Assembly (NCBI GenBank): GCA_964019335.1
Contig: OZ025704.1
Coordinates: forward strand, 372,001 to 436,000
DNA: 64,000 nt
Source of the DNA: Diplonema japonicum
Taxonomy: Eukaryota; Protista; Euglenozoa: Diplonemea
Direction: 5' to 3'
The translations under genes were made by a program, and so were the position numbers. Shown here one piece after another: positions 1 through 9,839 of the stretch (position 1 is its first letter; the number at the start of each line of letters is the position of its first letter). The notes under the pieces are model-generated. The model made no database searches, was not told the origin of the DNA, and saw only the letters and a list, made by a program, of their open reading frames with translations.

Positions 1-527
1 TGAGCTGACAGGCAGGCTCACAGGGATACGAGGCGTGGCACTATCTCACAACTGCATGTCGCAGCGTACATGGGACTCACTGCAACACACGTCCAGCACC
101 ACAGCCAAGGTGACGTTCACACAAACAATAAACGAAGCGGAGTTCAAGATCTGCGCGCTGCGCAGTGACAACATAACCATTACCGTTGCCACAGCTATTT
201 CCATAGTGTGTGTCAATGGCTACCCTTCCAACGAAAGGTGCGTTTGCTACTCTGATGTAGTCCGGGGACATTGGGCAGGCTCTGCCTGCAACTACTGTAA
301 AGCAGGCTACAGAGGTATACAACAATTAAAAAGAAAAGGAAACGAAAATCACAGGAAATATGTGCCAGCAGAGATATAGCTGTGTGGAAGCACAGTACTT
401 CACACCTTACGACCTGAGATGCTGGGACTACGACGAGGTACGCGAGGCCTACAAAGGCAGCCGGTGTGTATGGTCCGGAGTGGTTGTGTCACAGCACGGC
501 CGGAAGCATCACTGTGTTCCTCCTTGA
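1..527 (+). CDS. 3' part of a Cys-rich laminin/EGF-like domain protein (5'-truncated by the window edge); intron 315-354
   Basis: Frame open from nt 2. Removing GTATAC...CACAG (315-354) gives CVCYSDVVRGHWAGSACNYCKAGYRGNMC (laminin-EGF Cys spacing) and continues to TGA at 525-527. Confidence 0.7.
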
Positions 528-631
528 TCGAAAATAATTTCAGTTCATCCGGTTGCCAGTGCTTCTTTTCTTATTCGTTTCTTCTTCTATATACTTTGTT
601 ACGACCTGCTTCCTACTACCCCCTGTAGACT

Positions 632-2428
632 ATGAGTGGACTTCATGAAGAGATCGAGCGGCATGGTTATGGGTTGGTCTTGCAGGCTTTGGAAGCCATT
701 GATTTCGGTGTGAGAAGCGATGAAGATGAGATAGCGTTCGCGGCAGAGCTGGTGCAGAGTGTCGTCGGGCGGGACGATCAAGAAGTCCTGCAAAGGCTGA
801 AAGAGTTGTTGGAGAAAAGGAACGAGTGCTTCGTGGGCGGGGTGTGCCTCACAAGCGCAGATTTTGTCATGTATCACTGGCTGCGCAGCTCTTCCTTGTA
901 TCCACGGTTCCTCCCTCACGTCAGGGGGACAGAAAACCTAAGAATCAGGACGTGGCTCAAACTCCTCGGTACCACGATCCTTTCGAAGCTCCCAAGTGGA
1001 AAGTACTCCATGCACGTACAAGACGATGGTAAGGCCGAGCGATCACCACTCTCAGTTGTTGGCGTCAGTGAAACTTGCGAGCCGGAAATGCTGTTCAGAG
1101 GTGACAGAAAAAGCGACTTACGGGTGTTGTCCTTCAACATCTTATCAGAAGAGGCGCTCACAAGGTACAAGAATGAGTACGAATGGCTAGTAACCACCGA
1201 AGCTGACGAACGCCGCCGGTCGTTACAGTACATTGTAAGATCCTACAATGCAGACGTCATCTCGTTGGTGGAGGTAGACGCTGACGCTGTGGACTCCTGG
1301 AAGGCGGTGCTCAAGGGGTACCGCATGAAATTCTTCCCCCGCCCGAAACTGCACACGAAAAGGAAGGGGTCGCAAAAACCTGACGGGATCCTCGTCGCGT
1401 ACAAGATCGACACGCTGAAGCCCACCTGTGAAGAGACGAGATACCTTCTTGATGACTATCTTCCATTAGCTTCCGAATTCCGTGCTCCTTACCCCGAGCC
1501 GGGCACACGCAACATTGCAATCATCTTCACTTTTGAGCATCTGAAGACGGGGAAGGAGATTATCTTCGCAACGACTCACTTGTATTGGAACCCGAAGTAC
1601 GAGCGGTACAAACAGCTGCAGGGCTCGCTTGTGAAAGGACTCTGCAAGAAAGCCGCCGCAACACGGGACTCTCCGGTCATTGTGACGGGGGACTTCAATG
1701 CTGCAGCGGGGACGCCGAGTTATTTAAACTTTGTCAGCGATGTGGGGCTGGCATGGGAGAACATGCCCACGCACAACAAAGCGACTGTTTTACCTCAGAA
1801 GATGTCGGATGGGACGTACATGGTGGAATGTACCACATCCTTCCATGAGAAGTTCACAGCACTGCTGTGTGACATGCGGTTTGTGCTTGATGGCATCAGA
1901 GTCATGGGTGGATCAGCGTCACCGTTGGTTGTCCTGACCATCAATGATATTCCCAGAGAGTGCGAACAAGAGGCTGTTGAAAATGGTGTGAAACTGGTAC
2001 TCACTCAGCCCTTCACGCCACACACGGAACAGCTGACTGTGAAGATAGTCGGGGTCGTGACACCGCCGAGCGAGATTTTCTTTATCTACAGTTTGAAAGG
2101 AAAGAAGCTTGCTTCTGCTTTCGCTGACTACTCGAGCTACAGAATGCAGTTCGGCATCGAAGCTGAAAAGGAGCTCAAAGAGAAGGAACGCAACATTGAG
2201 ATCTGTGTGAATAGGTCCGTCTTGGAACCGCAATTCACGATCTACCAACCGAGGAAGTTCATCGGAACTCTTGACTACATCTTCTACACGCTGAACGACT
2301 TCTCTGTCTCAAACCTCTCCAGGCTGGCTACTTTCGCAGAGGTACAGCCCGGCATGCCTAATGATGTCTCCATCCACTCCGACCACCTCCCCATTTGTGC
2401 TGATTTTTGCTTCAACACCCAGGCGTAG
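632..2428 (+). CDS. CCR4/Angel/nocturnin-family EEP nuclease/phosphatase with an N-terminal GST-C-like region
   Basis: EEP motifs LRVLSFNIL, DVISLVEVD, ATTHLYWNP, VIVTGDFNA, GTLDYIFY, HSDHLPICADF. N-terminal LQRLKELLE...FVGGVCLTSADFVMY resembles a GST C-terminal helix motif. Confidence 0.85.
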   Translation: MSGLHEEIERHGYGLVLQALEAIDFGVRSDEDEIAFAAELVQSVVGRDDQEVLQRLKELLEKRNECFVGGVCLTSADFVMYHWLRSSSLYPRFLPHVRGTENLRIRTWLKLLGTTILSKLPSGKYSMHVQDDGKAERSPLSVVGVSETCEPEMLFRGDRKSDLRVLSFNILSEEALTRYKNEYEWLVTTEADERRRSLQYIVRSYNADVISLVEVDADAVDSWKAVLKGYRMKFFPRPKLHTKRKGSQKPDGILVAYKIDTLKPTCEETRYLLDDYLPLASEFRAPYPEPGTRNIAIIFTFEHLKTGKEIIFATTHLYWNPKYERYKQLQGSLVKGLCKKAAATRDSPVIVTGDFNAAAGTPSYLNFVSDVGLAWENMPTHNKATVLPQKMSDGTYMVECTTSFHEKFTALLCDMRFVLDGIRVMGGSASPLVVLTINDIPRECEQEAVENGVKLVLTQPFTPHTEQLTVKIVGVVTPPSEIFFIYSLKGKKLASAFADYSSYRMQFGIEAEKELKEKERNIEICVNRSVLEPQFTIYQPRKFIGTLDYIFYTLNDFSVSNLSRLATFAEVQPGMPNDVSIHSDHLPICADFCFNTQA

Positions 2429-2451
2429 CGTCTGACAAAGACCTGCGTTTT

Positions 2452-2511
<60 letters not shown>

Positions 2512-2736
2512 TCAGCACTTGTTTCAGGAGTGTTACATTAGACGGCGGACTCGCAAAAGGAAATCCTAAATCGTCTATGGGCCCTTGCGAGTTTTTTCCT
2601 TTTTTTTTTTCACCCCCTCAATTTTTTTTCAGGCGTCCTGCCACATACCGCAGGTACCCTTAAATGTCTCTTTTTTCCTTTTTTTTTTTTTTCTTGTTAC
2701 CCAAGAACACCACAGTTCCATTGTACACTGACACTG

Positions 2737-4206
2737 ATGCCTGCTATGAATGTTGAGGTGAGTGAAGTGCCGATCAAGTTCGAGCTTGTGCGCAACGGGG
2801 AGGTGGTAGAAACACGCAGGGTGCGCCTTGTGAACCCGTCATTTTCTGCTGTGCTAGGCGCTAGCGAGAGGTGGTCGACAGGGGTGACCGTGCTGCAGTA
2901 CGCGGACGACGATGGCGACATGATAATGATGGACACTGAGGAAGAATGGGGGGAGTGCATGAGGCTGTGGAATGAGAGCGTTAACCGGTACTCGCTCCGA
3001 CTACGCCTCGTGCTACCGCATTTGGAAGATCTGGACCATGTCCCTCGCTGGTGGGCAAGAGGCAGAAGTAACAGGGACCATTCCCCCGACCACGCACGGA
3101 AGGCAGTGTGGAAGCAGAGCAGCGTCATGAAAAGAACACGTGAAGCCAAGGAGGGCGAGGTGTCAGTGCCGCAAGCTGCCGTGGTTGAGAAAGCTTTAAA
3201 GCTCCTCCATGGCGAAGATGCCATGGTTGCACTGGCCAGCGGTGAGCAGACCCCTGAATCCCTGGGATGCAATGGATGGCTCAGCGCAAAGACCACCGAC
3301 ATCGGAGAAGTGGACCTCGACGTGAAGGTCAAGAAGCTGTACAACCTGCTGTGCGAAAAGGGCAACGTGTGCCTGGCCGACGGCGACGCAGCAGGCACTG
3401 TGTGGTTCCGGCTGTGCAGGGATCTTGAACCTACCATTCCTGTTGGGTGGTACAACCTTGCATGCGCGATGCTGGCACTGGAACATCCTCAAAAAGAATC
3501 TGAAGAACAGAAAGAAGACGTGATTGAAGCAGCTCTGAACGCTCTGCAAGGCGCGGTGGGCTGCGGCCACAAGGACTGGCAGCACATGGCAACGGACACT
3601 CATCTGGAGCTTGTTCGGGATCATCCAGGCTTCCTGAGCCTGTACCCTAAGAAGCTGCGTGGGAGGTTTGGGAACGGCCAAGGTCAATCACGCTCTTACT
3701 CCCCCGTGGGCATGCTGAGGAGGCTCATCATGGGAAAGCACAGAAGAGAAACTATGACAAAGTGCAAATCGTGTGACTTCATTACAACAGGTGTTGTGCC
3801 AGAACACTGCTGCTGGGAGTGCTTGAATGGCCTAGGACACGGTCCCCTGTGCAGGGGACAGGCGTTCCAAGATTTGCAGGCAGAACCCCAAAACTGCACG
3901 GGGTGCGGCTCCCAGCTTCCACAGGGGTTGACAGGAGTGTGTTGCAAAATGTGCTCGAAGCACAACGGGGGTTGCCATGGGAAACACTGTGTGCTGTACC
4001 CGAAGGCTCGCAGGGAGAATAAAACCGCCAGAACCGTTGTACCCGCAGCCGAACCTGAACCCGAGCCCCTGTCCTTGGAGGTTGTATACGCTGACCAGAT
4101 TAAATCCCTGCAAAGCATGGGCTTTACTGTTGACACCCTCCTTCTTACGTCCCTGCAACAGCATGATGGCGATCTATTTAAGGTAGTGAACTCCGTACTG
4201 TTGTAA
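2737..4206 (+). CDS. PB1 + TPR-like + Cys/His zinc-finger repeats + C-terminal UBA protein (p62/NBR1-like architecture)
   Basis: PB1 acidic motif LQYADDDGDMIMMDTEEEW; TPR-like WYNLACA...ALNALQGAV..G; two CxxC...CCxxC...HGxxC units; UBA-like YADQIKSLQSMGF...LQQHDGDLFKVVNSVL. Confidence 0.7.
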   Translation: MPAMNVEVSEVPIKFELVRNGEVVETRRVRLVNPSFSAVLGASERWSTGVTVLQYADDDGDMIMMDTEEEWGECMRLWNESVNRYSLRLRLVLPHLEDLDHVPRWWARGRSNRDHSPDHARKAVWKQSSVMKRTREAKEGEVSVPQAAVVEKALKLLHGEDAMVALASGEQTPESLGCNGWLSAKTTDIGEVDLDVKVKKLYNLLCEKGNVCLADGDAAGTVWFRLCRDLEPTIPVGWYNLACAMLALEHPQKESEEQKEDVIEAALNALQGAVGCGHKDWQHMATDTHLELVRDHPGFLSLYPKKLRGRFGNGQGQSRSYSPVGMLRRLIMGKHRRETMTKCKSCDFITTGVVPEHCCWECLNGLGHGPLCRGQAFQDLQAEPQNCTGCGSQLPQGLTGVCCKMCSKHNGGCHGKHCVLYPKARRENKTARTVVPAAEPEPEPLSLEVVYADQIKSLQSMGFTVDTLLLTSLQQHDGDLFKVVNSVLL

Positions 4207-4655
4207 GTTAAGCTCTCTGTAAGCTCATCTGGAACCAGCGAAGTCTCTACTTCTTTTATGAAGTGAACACCCTCCACCCCGCCTTCACTCGAAACGTTGC
4301 ACTCGAGTTTATTGTTGTTTTCCTGCGAGAACGCCGGTAGGATGTCAGGGACGATTCATCGAGTTGAGTTAAAAGTAAGGTTTTTTCTCTCCTTTTTTCT
4401 TCTTCTTTTCCTTTTCCCATCTTGTTTCATTCCTTGTTTTTCTCATATATATTCGTCTTCTGTACACAATGATTTATTTTTTCTTTCCCTTCTCCCTCCT
4501 GCATCTTTTTTCTTACCCTTTTTTCTTCCGTCCACCAGTAAGCAAGACCTTAGTACTTGCTCTCTTCCCTCTGTCTGCCTAGCCACTGTTTTTTTTTTTT
4601 TATCGCTTTTTTCCGCCACCTATAGACCACACAGGAAGGGGGAAAGCTTGTGCTT

Positions 4656-7215
4656 ATGGAGATTGAAGCGGAGCTCAGAACCCCTAGCTTTAGTGCGAGC
4701 TTCAATGCACCATTTAGCTCCCAAGCAGCGTTGGAGGTGTCGTCGGACTTGAAGAATCTCAGTTTTGGGAGTCAGTCGAACTTGATGCTGGGAAATGAGT
4801 GGCAGTTCTGGCTGGACGAGGACGAAGGCCGCCCACTCTCGCTTGGTGTGATCAGCACCATCAAGTTGTTCCGCTGGTTTTATAACAGGCTGGCACCGGA
4901 AGGGTTGCCTTCTAAAGCCGCAGTTCTCCTTTTCAAGAACGGCATCGAGCCCACGTGGGGGCACCCGAAGAACAGACGCGGTGGGCATTTCAAAATGACA
5001 TGCAAGACAACAGGCCACCTGTTCCGCTTGTGGCACGACGTGGCAATGGTGCTCATTGGTGAGCAGTTCTCATTCGCGAAGCAAATTAGCGGTGCGGGGT
5101 GCAGCCTGAAGAAGGGAACAGTCACCTTTTGGCTCAGCGACGCTGACGACGAGGAAGCGATACAGCAAACAAGAGCGCAGCTGGTCAACCTGCTCCCTGC
5201 AGGCGCGACGATCTCTTTTCGAGACCACACGTCACTGCTGGGCAAGGAGTCCGCCATGATCGTGGGCGCAGGCATCATTGACGCTGACGTTCCCTCCCTC
5301 TCCCAAGCAACAGATGGCAGCAAGCTCGTCGGCATCGCGGCTGAGCTCGTTCCTCACACAGCACGCCATCAGAAGAGCCGGAGCTGCCCCGAAGAACTTG
5401 CCGAGTTCGACCCCGACACCGCCCTCACGCCTCCGATCAAGCGGCCCCGAGCCTTCTCCGAGGCGGCGAAAAACCACCAAACAAAACCCGACCCACCCCG
5501 CAACAGGGGCAGATCCTGCAGCAAGGTGCTCGCAAAGAAGAGAACCGAAAGCCCAGTAAATGTCGGTATGAGGAAGGTCCTCAGTGCCGATGCACTTGAC
5601 GAGTACATCCCCCATGAGCCCATCCAAAGCTCGATCCCCACCCTGAAGCATGTGCGTTCGTGGGCAGACGAATGTGACTCTCAGGTGAGCTCCAGGTGCA
5701 TCTCACCAACTGGGGGCGATCTGTCAGAGGGGGTTGAGCGCCAGCCCCTCTCCTTCATGCCTTGCAGGCAGTCGCCGCGGGCGTCCCCGCAGAGGAACGC
5801 TGCCTTCTACGACATGAACGCGCCCATGAGCGACTACATGAGCGGCAACGAGACGTGGGACCAATCAGGACCTCCCTCTTTGGCCCAGTCAGGGCCCACT
5901 AGCCCCTCGGGTCCGGCGGCGCAGTCTGGCACCGGCCTGTTCCATGGTGGCTCCCCGACGCACACTCCGTACTCCACGTCACCCTTCTCCGGTTCGCCAC
6001 CATCGGGCTCTCCTGTTCACTCACCCTATGCGTCTCCCCAGTCCGCACCGTTCTCTCTAGGAGGTTCTGTGATCCCTGCGCATGAGCCTGCCAAAGCACC
6101 AGCGCAAGTGCAGCAGGGTGTCATGACCGGGCACTCTCCCGTGATCATACAGCACAACCAAACACACACGGTCCACCCCCACCACAACACAGTAGCATCT
6201 CCCGAGCAGCTGAAGGTCCAGCTAGACCAACTCATGCAGCGGCAACTGCTGCAGCAAGTGCCTGTGCAGCAGGCTCATCCCCAGAGCGCTGTTCTGCAGC
6301 AGCAAGGCCTTCGAGGCCCAGGCATGATGCCCTGGGCAGTGCCGCTTGCTGTTCCCATGCAGCAGCAGCTCGCCGCACAGCACCTCCACCCGCAGATGCA
6401 GCTCCAGCAACAGCAGATTCAACATCAACAGCGATACGTGCAATACCAGGTCCCCCAACTGGCCCCTGCGATGAGTGGCTCGCTCCCGAACCTACACAAC
6501 GGGAACCTCAACGCGAAGGGGAGGAAGCCGGTGCAGCAGCCGCAACAACAGCAACCGCAGCAGCAGCAGCAGCAGCAGCAGCAGGTAAGTGCGTGGGACA
6601 CGAAGAAGCTGCTCGACTATCTGACGGAGGCGTCAGGGCTGGATGTGATCCAAGGTGAAGATGCAGAGGAGAAGACGATCAGCAAGTCACGCTCGCCGAG
6701 GAACAGGAGGAAGATACGAGAAAGGAAAATAAAGGAAGCAGCGGAGGCGGCAAAGCGAGAGATGATGTTGTGGGGAAGGGTATGCCACCTATAAAAAAAA
6801 AAAAAAGAATTTAAAAAAAAAAAAAAAAAAAAGGTCTTCGGCACTCCTGAAAACACATGGGTAACGCCTGAAGACAATATGTACCTCCCTATGCCACCTT
6901 CTTTTAATGAGACGGATTGGTTTAGATTCGTGCAGGCCTGCAAGAAGGAGCAGGTCGGCATGACACAGCTGAGCCAGTTGCAACAGGAGATGTTTGAAAA
7001 GCTTGGTGTTGAGGATCAGGAGCAGGTTAAAGATGTTCTCCAGGCAACGCCTATGATGGGACCGCAGCCACACCCCCTTATTGCCCTGACCGAAAAGATC
7101 CTCCTCCAAGAAAAGGTATGAGGAAATTGCTATTTTTAAGATATTCTTACAGGCTGGCCAAGTGCCTCTCTCTCAGGCTAACAACTTTTTAACGGCCCCT
7201 CAGATGCAGATGTGA
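4656..7215 (+). CDS. Divergent eIF4E-family protein with a long S/P/Q-rich C-terminal extension; introns 6780-6833 and 7116-7152
   Basis: eIF4E motifs LGNEWQFWLD, LLFKNGIEPTWGHPKNRRGGHF, LWHDVAMVLIGEQF, VTFWL. Two GT-AG introns join ORF 4650-6794, ORF 6879-7121 and a last exon ending TGA 7213-7215 in frame. Confidence 0.8.
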
Positions 7216-8353
7216 CATAGTACTGAAGAAAATGAGAAATAGTGAATGGAAAAAAAAAAAAAAAAAAAAAAAAAAAAGAATAAAGTGTGACAGCAAAAGA
7301 TGAGAAAAGAAAAGAAAGAAAAGGGGGAGAGAAAAAAAAGAATAAGAAAAAAAAGGGGGTATGCCCCCCCCCCCCCCCCCCCCCCCCCCCTTCTGTGTTC
7401 CCCTTCCTCCCCCCCGAGCCTATTATATATTTTTCTTTTCTCCCTCCAAAAAAAAGGGTAACAAAGAGGGAGAAAGACCTGAACAAAAAGAGAAAAAAAA
7501 AAAAGTGCGAGAAAATTTTGTTTTTCATTTTCCTTTTGGGAAGGCGTCAAAGGCTTCTCATCGGAAGGTTCCCGACGGGGGGGGGGGGGGGGGGGGGGGG
7601 GGGGCGACCTGCTTTAAAAAGGAATGGTCGATTTGCTTCCCGTGCCTGGTGGGAAAAGATTCTGACGCCTTCCCTTTTTTTTTTTTTTTTTTTTTTCTTT
7701 TCCCCAAATCCACCTCCCATTGCTCCTTCTTGAGGGTCGGTCAGCCCACAACGCAGGTGTCGTTGGCCAGCAACGGCCAGAACGTAACACCTTTTTTACC
7801 GACTTCCTTACTTCGTGGTGGGTGGTTCTGTCGCGTCCTCCTTCTTAATCCAATGAACGAGGCGCCCCCGTACTGTCAAGTACGTTACGTTGTCAATTTT
7901 CTACTTTTTTTTTTTGGGCATGGCCTCAGGGAGGCTCTACCAGGATGAGGGCATTGGGAATTGTGAGGGCACGAAGCATGATGAAGAGCGAACACTTACT
8001 GGATGAAGTGCTGTGCGCGCAAGCTCTCCTAGAGGAGCCTGATAAGGAAGGAGGCGCGCTTTTCCGGCGCAGTCCTGCAAGAACGTGAGATCACTACGAT
8101 CCACGTTGTTGGCTTAGATAGAAGGCTCTGTTTGCATCGGGGCTGACGGCGACCAAGCTGAAAGGAGTGAGAGAAGATTACTGAAAAGAAAGGATTGGAA
8201 GGTACTACGGTGGGTAGCAGGGAACGACCCAAAAGGGGTGGTAGGCACGCCACCGCGGTGGGCCGTTGCTATCCAGTTTTTTATTGTTTAACTGTGTGGT
8301 GTGGCCTAGCACCCCCTTTCTCCCGTTTTCTCTTTTCCCCCTCTCACCCTTTT

Positions 8354-8392
<39 letters not shown>

Positions 8393-9773
8393 TGATACAT
8401 GTTCTACACAAGACAAGAGGGGGAAAAGGGGGGTGTAGGGGTGGTGACTCTTATTTTTTTTTTATTTCCTTTTTTCGCGGGGCATTTTTTTTTTCCTTTC
8501 CTTTTTTTCCCCCCCCCTCATTCTCTCTCTCTTTTTTTTTCTTCCCCCTTCAGCTTCCCACGGTCATTATGTTATTTTTGGTAGCACCACTTTTTTTTCT
8601 CTTAACATAAGTTCGATTTCATTGTGTATTTGATGCAACACGGAAGAAAGACGAGAGGGAAAAAAAAAAAGAAAAAGCAGGAGACAACAAAAAAGAAAAC
8701 GAGGAAGGTGGGTGGGGGTAAGAAAAAAAGCACTTCAAAAAAAAAAAAAAGAATATGGCATTTCTAGGAGGGTTTGTCCTTTTATGTAAACGAGGTGAAA
8801 TGTCAAAAGAGAAGGTTGACTCATTTTTCACAAGCGTCTGGCAACCAAGCGAAAGAATGACAAAATATTAAAAAGAGAGGGGGGAAAAAAAAAGAAAAAA
8901 AAGAAAGCTGAACAAAAAAGAAACAAAAAAAAAATGACAAAAAAGACCTAAGATCACTCCGGTTTTTTTTTTTTTTTTTTTTTTTTTTTTCTTTTTTTTT
9001 TTTTTTTTGAAAACAACGTACACGGTAACCAACTTTTTTCCACTCAAAGAAATGGTTTTTTTTTTTAAGGTTTTTCACCTTTTCCCTTCACAATGGAGTC
9101 TTTGTGCACTTCAAAGAAGCTATCGGTGCCAGGTGGCAAAGGCCTCGGAAAAGTCATCCAGAAGGAGTTCCCAGAGTTCCTTTCACTCTTAAGGCGACGG
9201 TGGAAAGAAAGTTATTTGGATACCGTGTACGTTGTTGTTCCCTTTTTTTTTTTCGGGGGCTGGATATTGGAATGCAGAAGAAGCTACAGCTCAGCCGAGG
9301 TGCGCCCTGCAATCAGGCGGACTGTGCTTGAGGGTGTCACCAACACTGGCCTCTTTTATCTCCAATATCTTTTATTTTTATATTTTACAAAACCCCGCCT
9401 CCCCCTTTCGACACACCATATTTTTGCTCTCCCACTATATTTTTTTTTATTTTATTCCCCCCCTCCCAGCTTTTTCATCTTTGTTATATTTGTTAACGCC
9501 CCCCCCCCCCCCCCCCCATGGTTATTTTTTCTCTCTTTTTTTATTTCATTTTTTTATCTGCTCCATAATTCTCCCCTATGCAAGTCCAATCTTTTTCCGA
9601 TAAGACCATTCGTGATTCCATTTCCTGTCCATATCAGAGTTCTTGCCGACAGCCAGTTTCTCGGATACCAAGTCTTTGATCTTTTTTTTTTTTTTTTATT
9701 CTTTGCTGAACCAAAGTAAACAAACTTTTGAAAAGAATTGTTATCAACTGCAGGTGAAATCGGCTTTTGCAGC

Positions 9774-9804
<31 letters not shown>

Positions 9805-9839
9805 AAAAAAAAAAAAAAAAACAGGCCGAGGCTGCTAAA

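Noticed and set aside
2548-2593. 8-bp inverted repeat ACTCGCAA...TTGCGAGT
   Set aside because: Single short IR with no second copy or target-site duplication; compatible with chance.
7978-8042. Possible C/D-box snoRNA (ATGATGA ... CTGA)
   Set aside because: No terminal stem and no rRNA-complementary guide I could recognise; the motifs are short enough to be chance.
7178-9719. Many ORFs of poly-F/K/G/P (also at 42.1-42.9, 50.5-52.4, 56.1-57.7 and 58.8-63.2 kb)
   Set aside because: Translations of homopolymer tracts, not proteins.
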